Positions 1 to 11,900 of a stretch of 64,000 bases of DNA are shown here, piece by piece. Each line of letters starts with the position of its first letter. The stretch's first letter is position 1. The DNA is from an uncultured bacterium (lineage in GTDB: Bacteria > Omnitrophota > Gorgyraeia > Zapsychrales > Aceulaceae). A program made the position numbers and the translations under genes. The stretch is from positions 1,130 to 65,129 of the forward strand of contig CALGLP010000012.1 of NCBI GenBank assembly GCA_937930175.1, read 5' to 3'. The notes under the pieces are model-generated. The model made no database searches, was not told where the DNA came from, and saw only the letters and a list, made by a program, of their open reading frames with translations.

Positions 1-449
1 AGGGCTGCTGCGGTATCCGTTGTAAAATAAGGATTCCCTGTGCCTGCCACAAAGATCACAACACGCCTCTTTTCCAAATGACGCATGGCGCGTCTTCGAA
101 TATAAGGCTCGGCCACGGCGTGCATGTCAATAGCGGTCATCACACGTGTTTCTACGCTAACTTGCTCTAAGGCATTCTGAAGGGCCAGCCCATTGAGAAC
201 TGTGGCCAACATGCCCATATAATCCGCAACGGAACGATCTAAACCAAAGCGGGCAGATTCAAGCTGTCCACGAAAGATATTGCCGCCGCCAACAACCAAG
301 GCAACATCCACCCCTGCTTCCCAAACTTCTTTCACCTGTAGCGCAATGGAAGCACAGACCTCCGCATCAATGCCATGACCCTGCTTGCCCTGCATGGCTT
401 CTCCGCTTAATTTCAAAAGAATACGCTTGTAAACAGGTTTCTTATTCAA
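1..449 (-). CDS. pyrH: UMP kinase (PyrH), partial; C-terminus lies beyond the left window edge
   Basis: Minus-strand translation from a TTG at about 449 gives [21 protein letters not shown]...[10 protein letters not shown], the UMP kinase N-terminal signature. It sits in the conserved rpsB-tsf-pyrH order and is absent from the ORF track because it uses a non-ATG start and runs off the window. Confidence 0.7.
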   Translation of the reverse strand, partial: MNKKPVYKRILLKLSGEAMQGKQGHGIDAEVCASIALQVKEVWEAGVDVALVVGGGNIFRGQLESARFGLDRSVADYMGMLATVLNGLALQNALEQVSVETRVMTAIDMHAVAEPYIRRRAMRHLEKRRVVIFVAGTGNPYFTTDTAAA

Positions 450-972
450 CGTCACCAACCTTGAATCTCTTGAAACGCCCAATAAACATATTTTCACCAA
501 TCTTGGCAACCAAGGTATTCAAATAATCCTGGATGGTCAATTTTGGGTCTTTTACATAGGACTGCTCCATCAAGCACTTCTCCTTAAAAAAGGCTTCTCG
601 ATCAGGATAACCAACAAGGACATCCTCAGGAACATCTTCTCTGCGCACATACAAAGGCGCCATCGCTGCAATATGCATAGCGACATCTTTTGCAAATTGG
701 CAAAAATCACTATTTTTAGCAACAAAATCTGTTTCGGAATTGACTTCAACCAAGACCCCGATCTTCGATCCCAGATGAACATAGGCTTCCACGCGGCCTT
801 CCTTAGCTGCGCGACTTCCCTTCTTGGCCGCGAGCTCAAGTCCACGCTTTCTTAAGATTTCCTTAGCCTTGTCAAGATTACCACCTGTTTCTTCTAAAGC
901 CTTCTTACATTCAATAACTCCACAGGATGTCATATCGCGGAGTTCTTTAATAGCGTCGACACTAGCTCCCAT
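442..972 (-). CDS. tsf: Elongation factor Ts (short form, 176 aa)
   Basis: The N-terminal UBA-like motif [37 protein letters not shown] is typical of EF-Ts. Position downstream of rpsB supports the call. Confidence 0.85.
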   Translation of the reverse strand: MGASVDAIKELRDMTSCGVIECKKALEETGGNLDKAKEILRKRGLELAAKKGSRAAKEGRVEAYVHLGSKIGVLVEVNSETDFVAKNSDFCQFAKDVAMHIAAMAPLYVRREDVPEDVLVGYPDREAFFKEKCLMEQSYVKDPKLTIQDYLNTLVAKIGENMFIGRFKRFKVGDVE

Positions 973-1042
973 AATAAATCCTTTCCCTCAAAATAACTAA
1001 GATTTCTTAAACAATAAATGATTTTTTAAATGTCTCTTAAAA

Positions 1043-1783
1043 CTACTTGGCGAGCTCAACAACCTCTTTATCTTTTTTCTCAGCCATAACGCTTGTCATA
1101 TACCCCTTGCGACCTTCTACAATGCTATCGGTAATAATCGAAAGGATCAAACGAATGGACTTGAGCGCGTCATCATTGCCAGGAATAGGATAATCGATCT
1201 TATCGGGGTCACAGTTCGTATCGATAATGCCCACGATGGGAATACCAAGCTTGCGCGCCTCTTGAACAGCAATCTCTTCTTTTTTAGGATCGATGACAAA
1301 AACAGCTTGAGGCAATTCTTTCATCAAACGGATACCGCTAAGACTACGATCAAGCTTGACGCGTTCTTTTTGTAGTAACGAGATCTCCTTCTTGGTGAGT
1401 TTGGAGGCCACTCCATTATCAAGAATACGCTCGATATTAAATAACTTCTCCAGGGATTTTCGCGATGTTTCGAAATTGGTTAACAAGCCCCCTGGCCATC
1501 GAAAGTTCATATAGAACATATCTGACCGCTGGGCTTCCTGGGCAATCACTTCTTGAGCTTGCTTTTTTGTTCCGACAAACAAGATGCGGCCACCCTTGGC
1601 TGCGATCGTATGAAGAAAATCACGAGCTTGGTTCAGGCATTCCGCTGTCTTTTCAAGATCAATAATATAAATATTGCTTCTTGCTCCAAAAATGAATTTC
1701 TTCATTTTAGGGTTCCAGCGCTTAGTTTGATGTCCGAAGTGAACGCCTGCTTCTAACAGTTTCTTGATTAATTCATTTGTCAT
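1043..1783 (-). CDS. rpsB: 30S ribosomal protein S2
   Basis: The 246-aa product starts MTNELIKKLLEAGVHFGHQTKRWNPKM, the canonical S2 N-terminus. Confidence 0.9.
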   Translation of the reverse strand: MTNELIKKLLEAGVHFGHQTKRWNPKMKKFIFGARSNIYIIDLEKTAECLNQARDFLHTIAAKGGRILFVGTKKQAQEVIAQEAQRSDMFYMNFRWPGGLLTNFETSRKSLEKLFNIERILDNGVASKLTKKEISLLQKERVKLDRSLSGIRLMKELPQAVFVIDPKKEEIAVQEARKLGIPIVGIIDTNCDPDKIDYPIPGNDDALKSIRLILSIITDSIVEGRKGYMTSVMAEKKDKEVVELAK

Positions 1784-1849
1784 TCTTTCTCCTTTAACCT
1801 CCCTTTGGATTTATTGATAAAAACACCATTTTTTAAAATATAGTGAGTT

Positions 1850-1878
1850 AGTATACATAATTATTTATTGATATGCAA
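1850..1878 (-). promoter_or_regulatory. Candidate sigma70 promoter for rpsB-tsf-pyrH
   Basis: On the minus strand: TTGCAT (revcomp of 1873-1878), 17-nt spacer, TATACT (revcomp of 1850-1855), about 65 nt upstream of the rpsB start. Confidence 0.4.
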
Positions 1879-1919
1879 TATTTAATTTTTGAGCGATTTG
1901 ACAACAAAATCTATCAAAA

Positions 1920-3713
1920 CTAGGCCTGAAACTGCGTTTCATAAAGTGTCTTGTAAAGCGAACAGGACTTAATAAGCTCTTCATGAGAGCCTGCCCCAAC
2001 GATCTGGCCGGCTTGTAAAACAACAATTTTATTAGACTTTTTAATCGTCGAAAGCCTATGCGCGATACAAATAACTGTGCGATCCTTCATTAAGCCATCA
2101 ATCGCGTCTTGAACATATTTTTCTGATTGCGAATCGAGCTGAGACGTTGCCTCATCTAAAATAAGAATCGGGGCATTTTTTAGGATAGCCCGCGCAAGCG
2201 CAATCCTCTGCCGCTCGCCCCCAGAAAGCCTAAACCCGCGATCACCAATAACCGTATCATACCCTTGAGGCATCTTCATGATAAAATCATGAGCAAAAGC
2301 CTTTTGCGCAGCCTGGTGAACACGCTCATCAGAGGCTTCCAAATGTCCATAGGCAATATTATTACGCACCGTATCATTAAACAAAATCGTTTCCTGCGTA
2401 ACGATCCCAATCTGCCCTCGCAGGGACTTAAACGTCACATTCTTTAAATCAATACCATCAATTTCCACCGATCCTCGAATCGGATCGTAAAAGCGAGGGA
2501 TCAAATTGACCAAAGACGACTTCCCAGCGCCTGTCGGGCCAACAATCGCCACAATATCACCTACCCCTATTTCAAGATTAATATGATGTAAAATTATCAT
2601 ATTCTCATCATCATAATAAAAATCAACATCTTTAATACTAATTTTCTGGCTCACGGGTGCTAAGTCTTGTGCATCAAGCTTTTCCACAACGGTAGGCTTT
2701 GTATTCAAAACCGCATAAACCCTTTCATTAGCCGCTAAGGCTTGCTGAATAAGGGCGTTAACATTGCTTAACTTTTTTATAGGATTGAGCATGGACAAAA
2801 GAGATCCTAAAAACAGGCCAAAAACCCCAAAAGAAACCTGGCCTGAAATAACTTGTCGCCCAATCCATAATAAAATACCAACCCCAAAAAGGGCTCCAAT
2901 AAACTCAGTAATCGGGTTAATCCACAACATCCGACGCACAGCCTTCATTCTAAGCTTATAAATATCTTGATTTTGAACCTTAAAACGATTGGTCTCATAC
3001 TCTTCCATGTTAAAGGCCTTAACAACACGGACGCCAGAGATTGTTTCAAACAATAACGAATTAATATCTGCCATCTTATCTTGCGATTTATGAGAAAGGA
3101 TTTTAAGTTTTCGTCCAATCTGACGCATGGGGATCAAGAGCAAGGCAGCCAAAACAAGAGTAATAATAAAAACTTTCGGATAAATAAATAGAATAATAAT
3201 ACTAAAAACAAGCAAGCGAAATGATTGGTAAAAAAGATCTGTAACGCCATAAGAGACAGCATTTTCAACAACTGCAACATCATTGGTAATGCGTGAAATA
3301 AGCTCTCCTGTGCGCTTATTGCTAAAATAGTCAAGGGATAAGTTCTGGATGCTTTGATAAAGACGAAAACGCATATCCCGCATAACTCTCTGAGAAACAT
3401 CGTTCATCAAAAATCCTTGCAAAAAGGCAAAAATACCCTTCAAGAGGAAGATAACCAAACATCCAATGGCGACGATCGTTAAGAGTCGTTCAGAGGGGAT
3501 CGCATTAATACTGCTGACAAAATCTTCAAGCCAATGCGGAGCTTGACCAGGCAAAGTAACCTGCCCCTTCCCTAAGATCTTGTCCGCCATGGGGATAATA
3601 AGCGAAAGCTGAAATCCATCAAAAATAGCAGAAACCAGCATACAAACTGTAGCCCAAACAAGGACTTTGACGTGACCTTTAAGAAACTTGAGGAGTTTAA
3701 AATAATTCTTCAT
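1920..3713 (-). CDS. msbA: ABC transporter ATP-binding/permease protein, MsbA-like lipid A/lipid exporter
   Basis: 597 aa with six N-terminal TM helices. C-terminal ABC domain has Walker A GPTGAGKSS, signature LSGGERQR and Walker B ILILDEATS. It lies next to an lpxB-containing locus. Confidence 0.8.
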   Translation of the reverse strand: MKNYFKLLKFLKGHVKVLVWATVCMLVSAIFDGFQLSLIIPMADKILGKGQVTLPGQAPHWLEDFVSSINAIPSERLLTIVAIGCLVIFLLKGIFAFLQGFLMNDVSQRVMRDMRFRLYQSIQNLSLDYFSNKRTGELISRITNDVAVVENAVSYGVTDLFYQSFRLLVFSIIILFIYPKVFIITLVLAALLLIPMRQIGRKLKILSHKSQDKMADINSLLFETISGVRVVKAFNMEEYETNRFKVQNQDIYKLRMKAVRRMLWINPITEFIGALFGVGILLWIGRQVISGQVSFGVFGLFLGSLLSMLNPIKKLSNVNALIQQALAANERVYAVLNTKPTVVEKLDAQDLAPVSQKISIKDVDFYYDDENMIILHHINLEIGVGDIVAIVGPTGAGKSSLVNLIPRFYDPIRGSVEIDGIDLKNVTFKSLRGQIGIVTQETILFNDTVRNNIAYGHLEASDERVHQAAQKAFAHDFIMKMPQGYDTVIGDRGFRLSGGERQRIALARAILKNAPILILDEATSQLDSQSEKYVQDAIDGLMKDRTVICIAHRLSTIKKSNKIVVLQAGQIVGAGSHEELIKSCSLYKTLYETQFQA

Positions 3714-3768
3714 AATGAATTATCAGCGATATTTGTTCATTTAGGAAAGCCAAATCGTAGCATACGGT

Positions 3769-3797
3769 TTGACTTTTGTCGAGCGATTTGTTATAGT
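3769..3797 (+). promoter_or_regulatory. Candidate sigma70 promoter for the oxidoreductase-lpxB unit
   Basis: TTGACT (3769-3774), 17-nt spacer, TATAGT (3792-3797), about 50 nt upstream of the ATG at 3850. Confidence 0.45.
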
Positions 3798-3849
3798 GCT
3801 GCCATACTCTTTTCCTTCAAAATTCTTTCTAAAGAAGACCTGGCTAAAA

Positions 3850-4785
3850 ATGAAAAATAAGCTCAACATCGGCATCATTGGCATTGGGCATCTCGGTTCC
3901 CGCCACCTCAAAGTTTACAGCGAACTCCCCGACCACGTCAATCTTGTCGGCATTTCCGACCTACAAGAAGAGCGCACGCGCAAACTTGCCGACCATTACC
4001 ATGTTCCCTATTTTAAAGATCATGCTGATCTTATAGAAAAAGTTGACGCGGTTAATATTTGTACGCCAACCGCATCACACTTTGATGTTGCCTCGGCATT
4101 CCTTAACAAAGGAATTCATACCTTTATTGAAAAGCCTATCACAACAACCCTGGCGCAAGCCCAAAAGCTTATTGCCTTGGCCCAGAAAAACAAATGCCTG
4201 ATCCAGGTTGGACATATCGAACGCTTTAACTCAGCCTTTGAGGGTATTCATCATTTTGCCAAAAATCCTCGTTTTATTGAATGTCACCGGCTCAACCATT
4301 TTCCCAACAGATCTCTTGATATCGGCGTTGTCATGGACCTCATGATCCACGACATTGATATTGTCTTAGGCCTCACCGAGTCTAAGGTCACGCGCATTGA
4401 TGCCGTCGGCGTCCAAGTCCTCACACCGCTAGAAGATATCGCCAATGCCCGGATCACCTTTGCCAATGGCTGTGTCTGCAACCTAACCGCAAGCCGCGTA
4501 TCTGATGAAGTCACGCGTAAGATCCGCATTTTTCTTAACGACGCTTACATTTCTCTTGACTATGTCAAACAGGAAGCCTTTATTTACAAAAAGCACGGCA
4601 ATCTTATCAGCAAGCACGCGCTCCCCATTGAAAAAGAAGAGCCCCTTAAAAAAGAACTCCTTTCCTTTATTGATTGTGTCCAAAACAAGAAAAAGCCTCT
4701 TGTCTCAGGTGTTGAAGGCCGCGATGCGCTCAAGCTCGCGCTTACCATCACTCAAAAAATATGGAAAACCCCAAAAAGCACTTAA
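3850..4785 (+). CDS. Gfo/Idh/MocA family NAD(P)-dependent oxidoreductase
   Basis: The Rossmann N-terminus NIGIIGIGHLGSRHL and the EKP motif (TFIEKPITT) support the family. The start was trimmed from the ORF-track 3769 to the ATG at 3850, downstream of the predicted promoter. Such oxidoreductases commonly sit in lpx clusters. Confidence 0.7.
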   Translation: MKNKLNIGIIGIGHLGSRHLKVYSELPDHVNLVGISDLQEERTRKLADHYHVPYFKDHADLIEKVDAVNICTPTASHFDVASAFLNKGIHTFIEKPITTTLAQAQKLIALAQKNKCLIQVGHIERFNSAFEGIHHFAKNPRFIECHRLNHFPNRSLDIGVVMDLMIHDIDIVLGLTESKVTRIDAVGVQVLTPLEDIANARITFANGCVCNLTASRVSDEVTRKIRIFLNDAYISLDYVKQEAFIYKKHGNLISKHALPIEKEEPLKKELLSFIDCVQNKKKPLVSGVEGRDALKLALTITQKIWKTPKST

Positions 4786-5903
4786 TCATCGTTGCCGGCG
4801 AAGCTTCTGGTGATGACCGCGCGGCCGAACTTATCGCGGAGATGAAAAAGCAGGACCCTCATATCACTTTTTCAGGACTTGGCGGGAAGAAAATGGCAGA
4901 ACAAGGCGTTGAGATCTATTTTGACCTTGCCAGCATTGCTGTGGTTGGCTTTACGGAAGTCTTCAAGCATTTCCAAACGATCAAAAATGCCTTTAATTTA
5001 ATTCTTAAGAAAATTGATGAACGCAAACCTGCTGCAGTCATCTTGGTTGATTACCCGGGATTCAATTTACGCCTCGCCAAGGAACTCAAAAAACGAAATG
5101 TTCCGGTGATTTACTATGTCAGCCCTCAAGTCTGGGCGTGGAATGCCAAGCGTATCGAATTGATTAAAAAGGTGGTCGACAAAATGCTTGTTTTCTTCTC
5201 ATTTGAAGAAGCGCTTTACGCACGGCATGATTACAAAGTTGATTTTATTGGGCACCCCTTAATCGACCGCGTTAAAATAAACCTTGAAAAAGATGCGTTC
5301 CTAAAAGAAATTGGCTTTCTGGGCAACTTTCGCACCATCGGTTTGCTGCCTGGCTCACGAGAAAAAGAAGTTCAGAACATCTTCCCTATCATGCTTAAGG
5401 CGGCTCAATATCTTTACCAGAAAAACCCTGAATTTCAATTTCTTGTTTTTAAAGCGTCAACCATTGACACCAAAATCCTTCACCACTACCTAAAGAACAC
5501 TTCCCTTCCTATCCAAATCATCAGTGAAAAAACATACGATGGGATCAATGCCTGTGATTTCTGCCTTGTGGCCTCGGGCACCGCAACCCTTGAAACAGCC
5601 ATTTTGCAAAAACCGATGATCGTGGTTTACAAAACATCCCTCGTAACCTGGGCCTTGGCCAAGCTTTTGATCAAAATACCCAATATCGGGCTTGTCAATA
5701 TTGTTGCAGGAAAAAGAATCGTGCCTGAATGCGTGCAATTTAACGCAACAGCAAAAACAATTGCCTATCAAGCCATTAGCTTGCTCAGCCATGAGGAAAA
5801 ACTAGACCAGATCAAAAAAGCCTTACGTGAAGTGAAATCCGCCCTCGGTGCTCCTGAGGCAAGCGCTCGCGCGGCGCAAGCCATCCTAAACTTTCTTAAA
5901 TAA
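4761..5903 (+). CDS. lpxB: Lipid-A-disaccharide synthase
   Basis: 380 aa with HLIIVAGEASGD...VDYPGFNLRLAKELKK...PQVWAWN, the LpxB GT19 hallmarks. Confidence 0.85.
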   Translation: MENPKKHLIIVAGEASGDDRAAELIAEMKKQDPHITFSGLGGKKMAEQGVEIYFDLASIAVVGFTEVFKHFQTIKNAFNLILKKIDERKPAAVILVDYPGFNLRLAKELKKRNVPVIYYVSPQVWAWNAKRIELIKKVVDKMLVFFSFEEALYARHDYKVDFIGHPLIDRVKINLEKDAFLKEIGFLGNFRTIGLLPGSREKEVQNIFPIMLKAAQYLYQKNPEFQFLVFKASTIDTKILHHYLKNTSLPIQIISEKTYDGINACDFCLVASGTATLETAILQKPMIVVYKTSLVTWALAKLLIKIPNIGLVNIVAGKRIVPECVQFNATAKTIAYQAISLLSHEEKLDQIKKALREVKSALGAPEASARAAQAILNFLK

Positions 5904-5916
5904 TACATTTTCTTTT

Positions 5917-8900
5917 CTAACTTCCAACTTCTAATTTCTCTTCTTCTCCAAGCCCAAGCAACCCCATAAAATCTGTGACCGGAACAATGTTAATAATTAC
6001 TGGAATCAGACCTTTAATCTCTTGAAGATTCTCAAAACTCATATTTTGTGGCATCGCAAAATCGATTGCCTGACCTTGCGTTACAAGATTGATATTATCA
6101 GATTTAAAGTCGATGCCGCCGGGTCCGCTTGTAGCTTGCGAACCTTTTCCGCTCCCTGAGGGAGAGATCGTATCCGCAAGAGCGTTCCTTCTTTTTGTTG
6201 TCAAATATCGGCCAAAAAAATCTAACACCTGGTCAGAAATATCAGAAGGAAGCATTGTGTTTTTTATTACCTTGCCAACTTCTTTCGAAGCTTTCACCGC
6301 CATCTCTTCATCCCCCACAGTGCGAGAGTTGAATTTCCCATCCTCTGCAACCTTGGCCTGTCCATCGTCCTTCTTTTTAAACATATTCGATACGATCCCT
6401 TTGCCTTTCACAAACAACCCCCTGCCGCGATCCTTAAGACTTACGGTAAAATCTTGTTTTTCGATTTGATCCCATTTTCCCTCTGAAGCCAAACGCAAAG
6501 CAGTCATCTGTTCATTCGTTTTGTCAGGAAATTTATACCCCAACTTAGAAAATATTAATCCAGGAATCTCCATCTGGTCAACAGCCCGTATAATATAACC
6601 TACTTTCTTAAAGAATGTAGCCTCAAGAATTCTACCATCTGGGATTTGTGGCAACTGTCCAGGATGCAAAGCCATATAGCATAACCACTGCGCCAATTCA
6701 TGCATCCGCTTGCTTTTCCCAGCCAGGCCTTTTTCCCAAAGAGCCTTAAGTGTCAATGAAAATTCATCTGCTCCAAAATCCTCAGCTGACAACTCAGGAT
6801 TTAACACAAAATCATCCTGATCGATCGTTTCTTCTTCTAGAACAAACATCTTCTCATTGACCACGGCGTCCCGCCCCCCTGCAACAGACTCAAGGTCAGC
6901 ACGCGTCACCACCGCATCATTACGCCCCATGGAACCCAAGTCTAAAAAGACCAGCTCCAGCGAACCATCGTCACGTTTGTTGATCCAAATATTTCCGCCA
7001 TGCGGGTCCGCATGAAAGAACCCATCGACAAACATCTCTTCCATCAATTCGCCAAAGATCTTTTTCTTAAGCTGTCTGATCTCGTCCTTGGTCAACCCCA
7101 GCTCATCTTCAAGACGGCTATCTTCGTTTAACGGGACACCATGCATTTCTTCCTCAAAGATCGCCTGCCCGCGTAATGACTCAGGAAGCAGCTCATCGAG
7201 CTCCGTATAATTTTCTGCAGACCTCAAGAAAATCCGATGTGAACCGACAAAGAGCTCTTCAGTCCTGTTTGCCAAAATTTCCCTGTAACGCTTCTGATTG
7301 GCTCTTTCCACATAAAAATCGACCTCTTCCCTGAGATAAGAAGCCACCTGCTTTCCCATGTTTTTCGGGATATTCAAGCCCGACCGGCCAAGCGCATCCA
7401 AGATTTTCTCAAGAGTTTCTAGCTCCACATCAAGCACCTTGTCAATATGGGGCCGCTTAATCTTCATGACCACTCTTTTTCCGTCTGCCAGAACAACTCT
7501 ATAAACCAGCTTAATAGACGCACTGCCTAAACTGCTGCCCACATAAGCAAAATGTTTTCCAAAATCATCCCCTAACGCCAGACGCAAAAGCTGAAAAACA
7601 AACCGTTTGCCAAACGGATCTGCAGACGAAGATAGCTCCTGCAAAGCCTTCTTGACCAGAGAGTCAAGCCGGATGTCCGAATGACTGATGATCTGCGCCA
7701 GCTTGATGCCCACTAGGCCCATGGACTCAAAGAACGTCTTGATCAATTCAGGCACAGAGGATGTTCCATCGCTTTTCATCTTACCGGCCAAAGCACTGAT
7801 CACCTCAAGCGTCTTGTCCTCATCCAAATGTTGAAAAACAGTCCTGAAAATCTTCTTAAGACTTTTACGGTCGGCCATGCCTGCCGGCACACTTTTTTCA
7901 AACACAACATTTAGGAAGTGCGCCATACGCTCCGGATCACGCATGAGACCCTTCTTGCCGCCAAACAAAGATTCCATCAGGTCTTTTTTAGCGTTGGTGC
8001 CTATCGAGGAATACTTCGTCGAACCAAGCTCGGAGAAAATCTCTTTAAGATAACCCAAATCCGTGTGAGAAAAGAACTCGATCTCCATAACGGCAACGGG
8101 TTTTTCTTTTCTCAAGCCCATGATCCACAACGCAAACTCTTCCTTATCTAGGTTACTGGCTTTCTGAATGGTCTCGCGGATTTTGTTCTCAGCCGTGATC
8201 TTATTCTTAACCTTATCCTTAATCGCGTTTTCTTGTAAAAGCAACAAATGCTCTCGAACATCCTTATCTTCCTCTGGGATTCCCGCGCGCTCCATGATCT
8301 CCAGAAGAATATCATCCCGCGTAAAACTAAAGTCTGTAAAATATTGAAAAACTAGATCCATCTCCTGTTCAAAGGTCAACGACTGGCCCTCCTCCTTCTC
8401 CTTGATGCCCAGGGCAAGTTCCAGAGCTCGCAGACGAAACTTATCCCTGAAAAAATCCCGATACATAAGCGCCGAAAGCTGTTCCATCGCGCGTAATTTA
8501 TCGGATGCAGAAAGGCTAGCTTCCTGAAACGCCGATTCAGCCGCAGCGACCAAGAATTCATCCCGCACATAAGATGGCCGGGCAAAATATTCCTGCGTCT
8601 CACGCGCCAAGGCTTCCCAAGCCCTGCCTGCGCTCTGGGCTTTCTTCAAAATCATGTCCCGATATGGATATGCGGTCACAAGGTCGATCTGGGAATGAAT
8701 ATTCCCCTCCTCATTGAACTCGGCCTTGATACGTCCCCTGCTAAGACGGCCTGCCAGGGAGAGAAAAACAAAAAGCAAAGACCGGAAGGTCTGACTTAAA
8801 CGAAGAGGAGCGTATAATTCTTTCATTAATCTGAATTTCGTGCTGATGTCCATAAGCCGTTCCAACTCCTTGACCGGCAGGTCTGGCAAATGAAAAGGAC

Positions 8901-11900
8901 TTCCATACTTAGTTAAAGGAGACTCAGCAAACACGCTTCCTCCAAGTACCGATAGAAAAGGCAATATTTTCATAGCTCCCGGAATCTTTTCCAAATGCAG
9001 GATCGAATAGATTCTCAACCAGAATTTGTTCAGCAAATAAAATGAGCCGAACAAACAAGTAAAAAGAATCGGATCAAACATAACCTTAAATCTAGCCAAC
9101 CTGTTCCTTGCTTTATGACTTAGTCTCTTGGAAAAAGAGCTGAACAGAGTATACTCTTCAATCATCTCTTTTTCTTGGTGATTCACGGCCGCATTGCTAT
9201 CCGCGATCCATGCTGATATCAAGCCTGAAGTCACTCCGTTGATCTGCTTCATAAATCTGTCTTCTATCATCAAAGGCGCAATACTGCGCACAGCCGCCTG
9301 AAGCTCTTGATTATTGGCCAATTGTTTATTACTAAAACCACTCAAAACACGATCGAGATCATAAAATCGAGTCCACTTCTTCTGCCCCCGGATCCCCAGC
9401 GCAGAAGCAAGATGCTTGTCCCACAGAACATAATAAAGAAAAAGATCCCGAAAAGCAGATGACGGCATATAGTCTTTGGCAAAGGCTACCCAATGATCAA
9501 AGTCATACTGCGGGTTATCCTGGACAAAACTAAAGATCTTGAGCAGTCGTTTACGTTCAACGCTCGAAAAATGCAGGCGGTCCGTAGAATTTGTGCCTGA
9601 AATCAACCCCGCAAGAACAGCATGAACAGGAACGTTGCCCCTCCTTCTTAACAAGTCTTGAATCCACATTGTCCACAAAGTAAAATCAGGAACACGCGGA
9701 GGAGGGCGATAAAGCTTACTTGGAAATTCTCCGATTAATATCTGATAAGGATTATCCAGATCAGCTTGAACCGAAGAAACTGAAGAATTTTCTTCTGAAT
9801 AGAACCATGTGTTTTTATTCGAGTTTTTATTATGGGGGTGTTTGTATTTTTCCTGGGGATTTTGGGATCGGATCAGAAATGAAGCATTTTGACCCAGTGA
9901 TAGGTCAAAGTTAAATTTTTTATGGATCACATAATAACTTAACGGCACCAGATATTCCGACCATGTCATGGGGGTCAGAAAATACTTCTGAGCAAATCGC
10001 CGCTTTGTCTGAAGGGGCGTAAGAGCGTTAAGATAGGTAAACAAACCTTCAAGATCTTCAGCTGACAATCCAGAAATGGCATCGTCCAGCTGATCATAAA
10101 ATGTATCCATGGAAACAAACCCTCCCAGCCCAAAAAGATACATCCACTGCCTGATCTGCTGATTAAGATGGGAGACGCCTACAATAAAATCCTCACCCAG
10201 TCCCAGTTCCAGAGCCTGCGCCACAATAAACTTATTCGCATGCTCCATAATCTCCGCTGTTGCCGCTTCCTCCAGGATGCGTTCAGTATACTGAAAAAAT
10301 AAATTACTCAGAGTAGCAGGGTCATTATACGGATCCGTGATCGTAAACTCTTGTTGTCGTTCAGGCCTCTCATTCAATGCCTTGAACAGCGATTCGCTGT
10401 ACTTTAATTTCTCAACAGGTGTTGTAAAACCAAAATGCCCTTCAATGAACCCCAAGATATTCGGATCCTTTTGCAGAAGGACATAAAATTCAAAAAAGAC
10501 CTTTCCGGGATCATTGCCCCAGCGATCAAGAGAAAAATACTCGTTTTGGTCCAGCTTACCACGGGCAAAACCTGAAAGGATCGCCCCCGCGACAGACCGA
10601 CTAACAGCGCCTCTATCCTTTGAGAAAATAAGCATAATATCCTGACGATATCTTGCGTAATTGCTAGGATTAAAGATCAAGAGATCCAAGAAGAAATTCT
10701 GGCAGGACTGACTTTCAGATATCAATTCCGGAAAATTCTTGAACGTCTCAAGCAAAGTTTCCACCAGATCATCCGTAATCAGCTCAGTCTTTGCCTGCAA
10801 TCTGTCAATAATCTGCTCAACCGCAATCACGCCAATGCTATGATACATGACTACATATTTCTGCCAACCAACCTCCTTAGCCAAAAGGATCCTGTTCAAC
10901 AAATGGATGAGTTCCCTGACACTGAACTCATCAGCCCGGGCCTTAATGACGCCTTCGAGATCAAGTAAAAAATCGCTTGTCATCCAGCCTGCGCCCTTAC
11001 GCTGAACATCATGAGGAAATCTTTCGCGTTGCATCATAATGCCCTGACGTCTGCGACCTTCCTCGTCCTGGTGGATCAGGTCAAAGCGCCAGACAGATCC
11101 CAAGAGAGGATGATCAAAAACCCGGGCAAGATCTTCCTTAGGAAGCTTTTTGATTGAATCTATCAAAAACTTCTTCTCCGCCCCATGATCCAAGCCCTGC
11201 ACCTGCACAGGCATTGATTCCACTTCCCCGAAGAATGCGCGCATAGCGACCTTGCTGTAAAACGTTTGAATGCCATCTTCTGCCCGCGTCTCTTCTGCTT
11301 TGAGCGCCTCTAAGCGCTCTGCGGCCGCTTGGCCCAATTGTTTCAATTCTCGGTTCAATCCCATGTCTTGATATATCTGTTCAAAAACCTTTTTAATCTG
11401 AGGCGCAAAGGGTGCAATTTCTTTTTCAAGCTGAGGTAAAAGATCTTCTGTTAAAGGCTTTAATATGGTGCGAACCTCATCACTGCCTCTTTCTAAATAA
11501 GAACTGTTTGAAACAACGGGTTTGCTATAAGAAATTATGTTATCAACTTCGGTTAAACCCCAAGATATTCTATCCCTGACAATCGGGACAGGTCGCCAAT
11601 CCCTGTTATTAAGCAAATATTCAAGGAACCACATCAACAAACGATTATCCACATCAAATCGTTGATCTTGGTCTGCAGTCATATCCCTACTTTCTATAAT
11701 ACTCTGCCCTATCCTTAAGGAGTGATCCTTCTTGTACCCCATCGATAAAACAAAGCCATATTCCTGACTAGAAATACTCATGGGAAATAAGCCACGATTT
11801 AGTTTCTTAGACGCCATAGCATTTCTTAATCGCCACCAATTCCTTTTTTGAGGACGACCTCTTGAGTCTGGACGATCCAATCCCTGGCGCAATATTTCAG

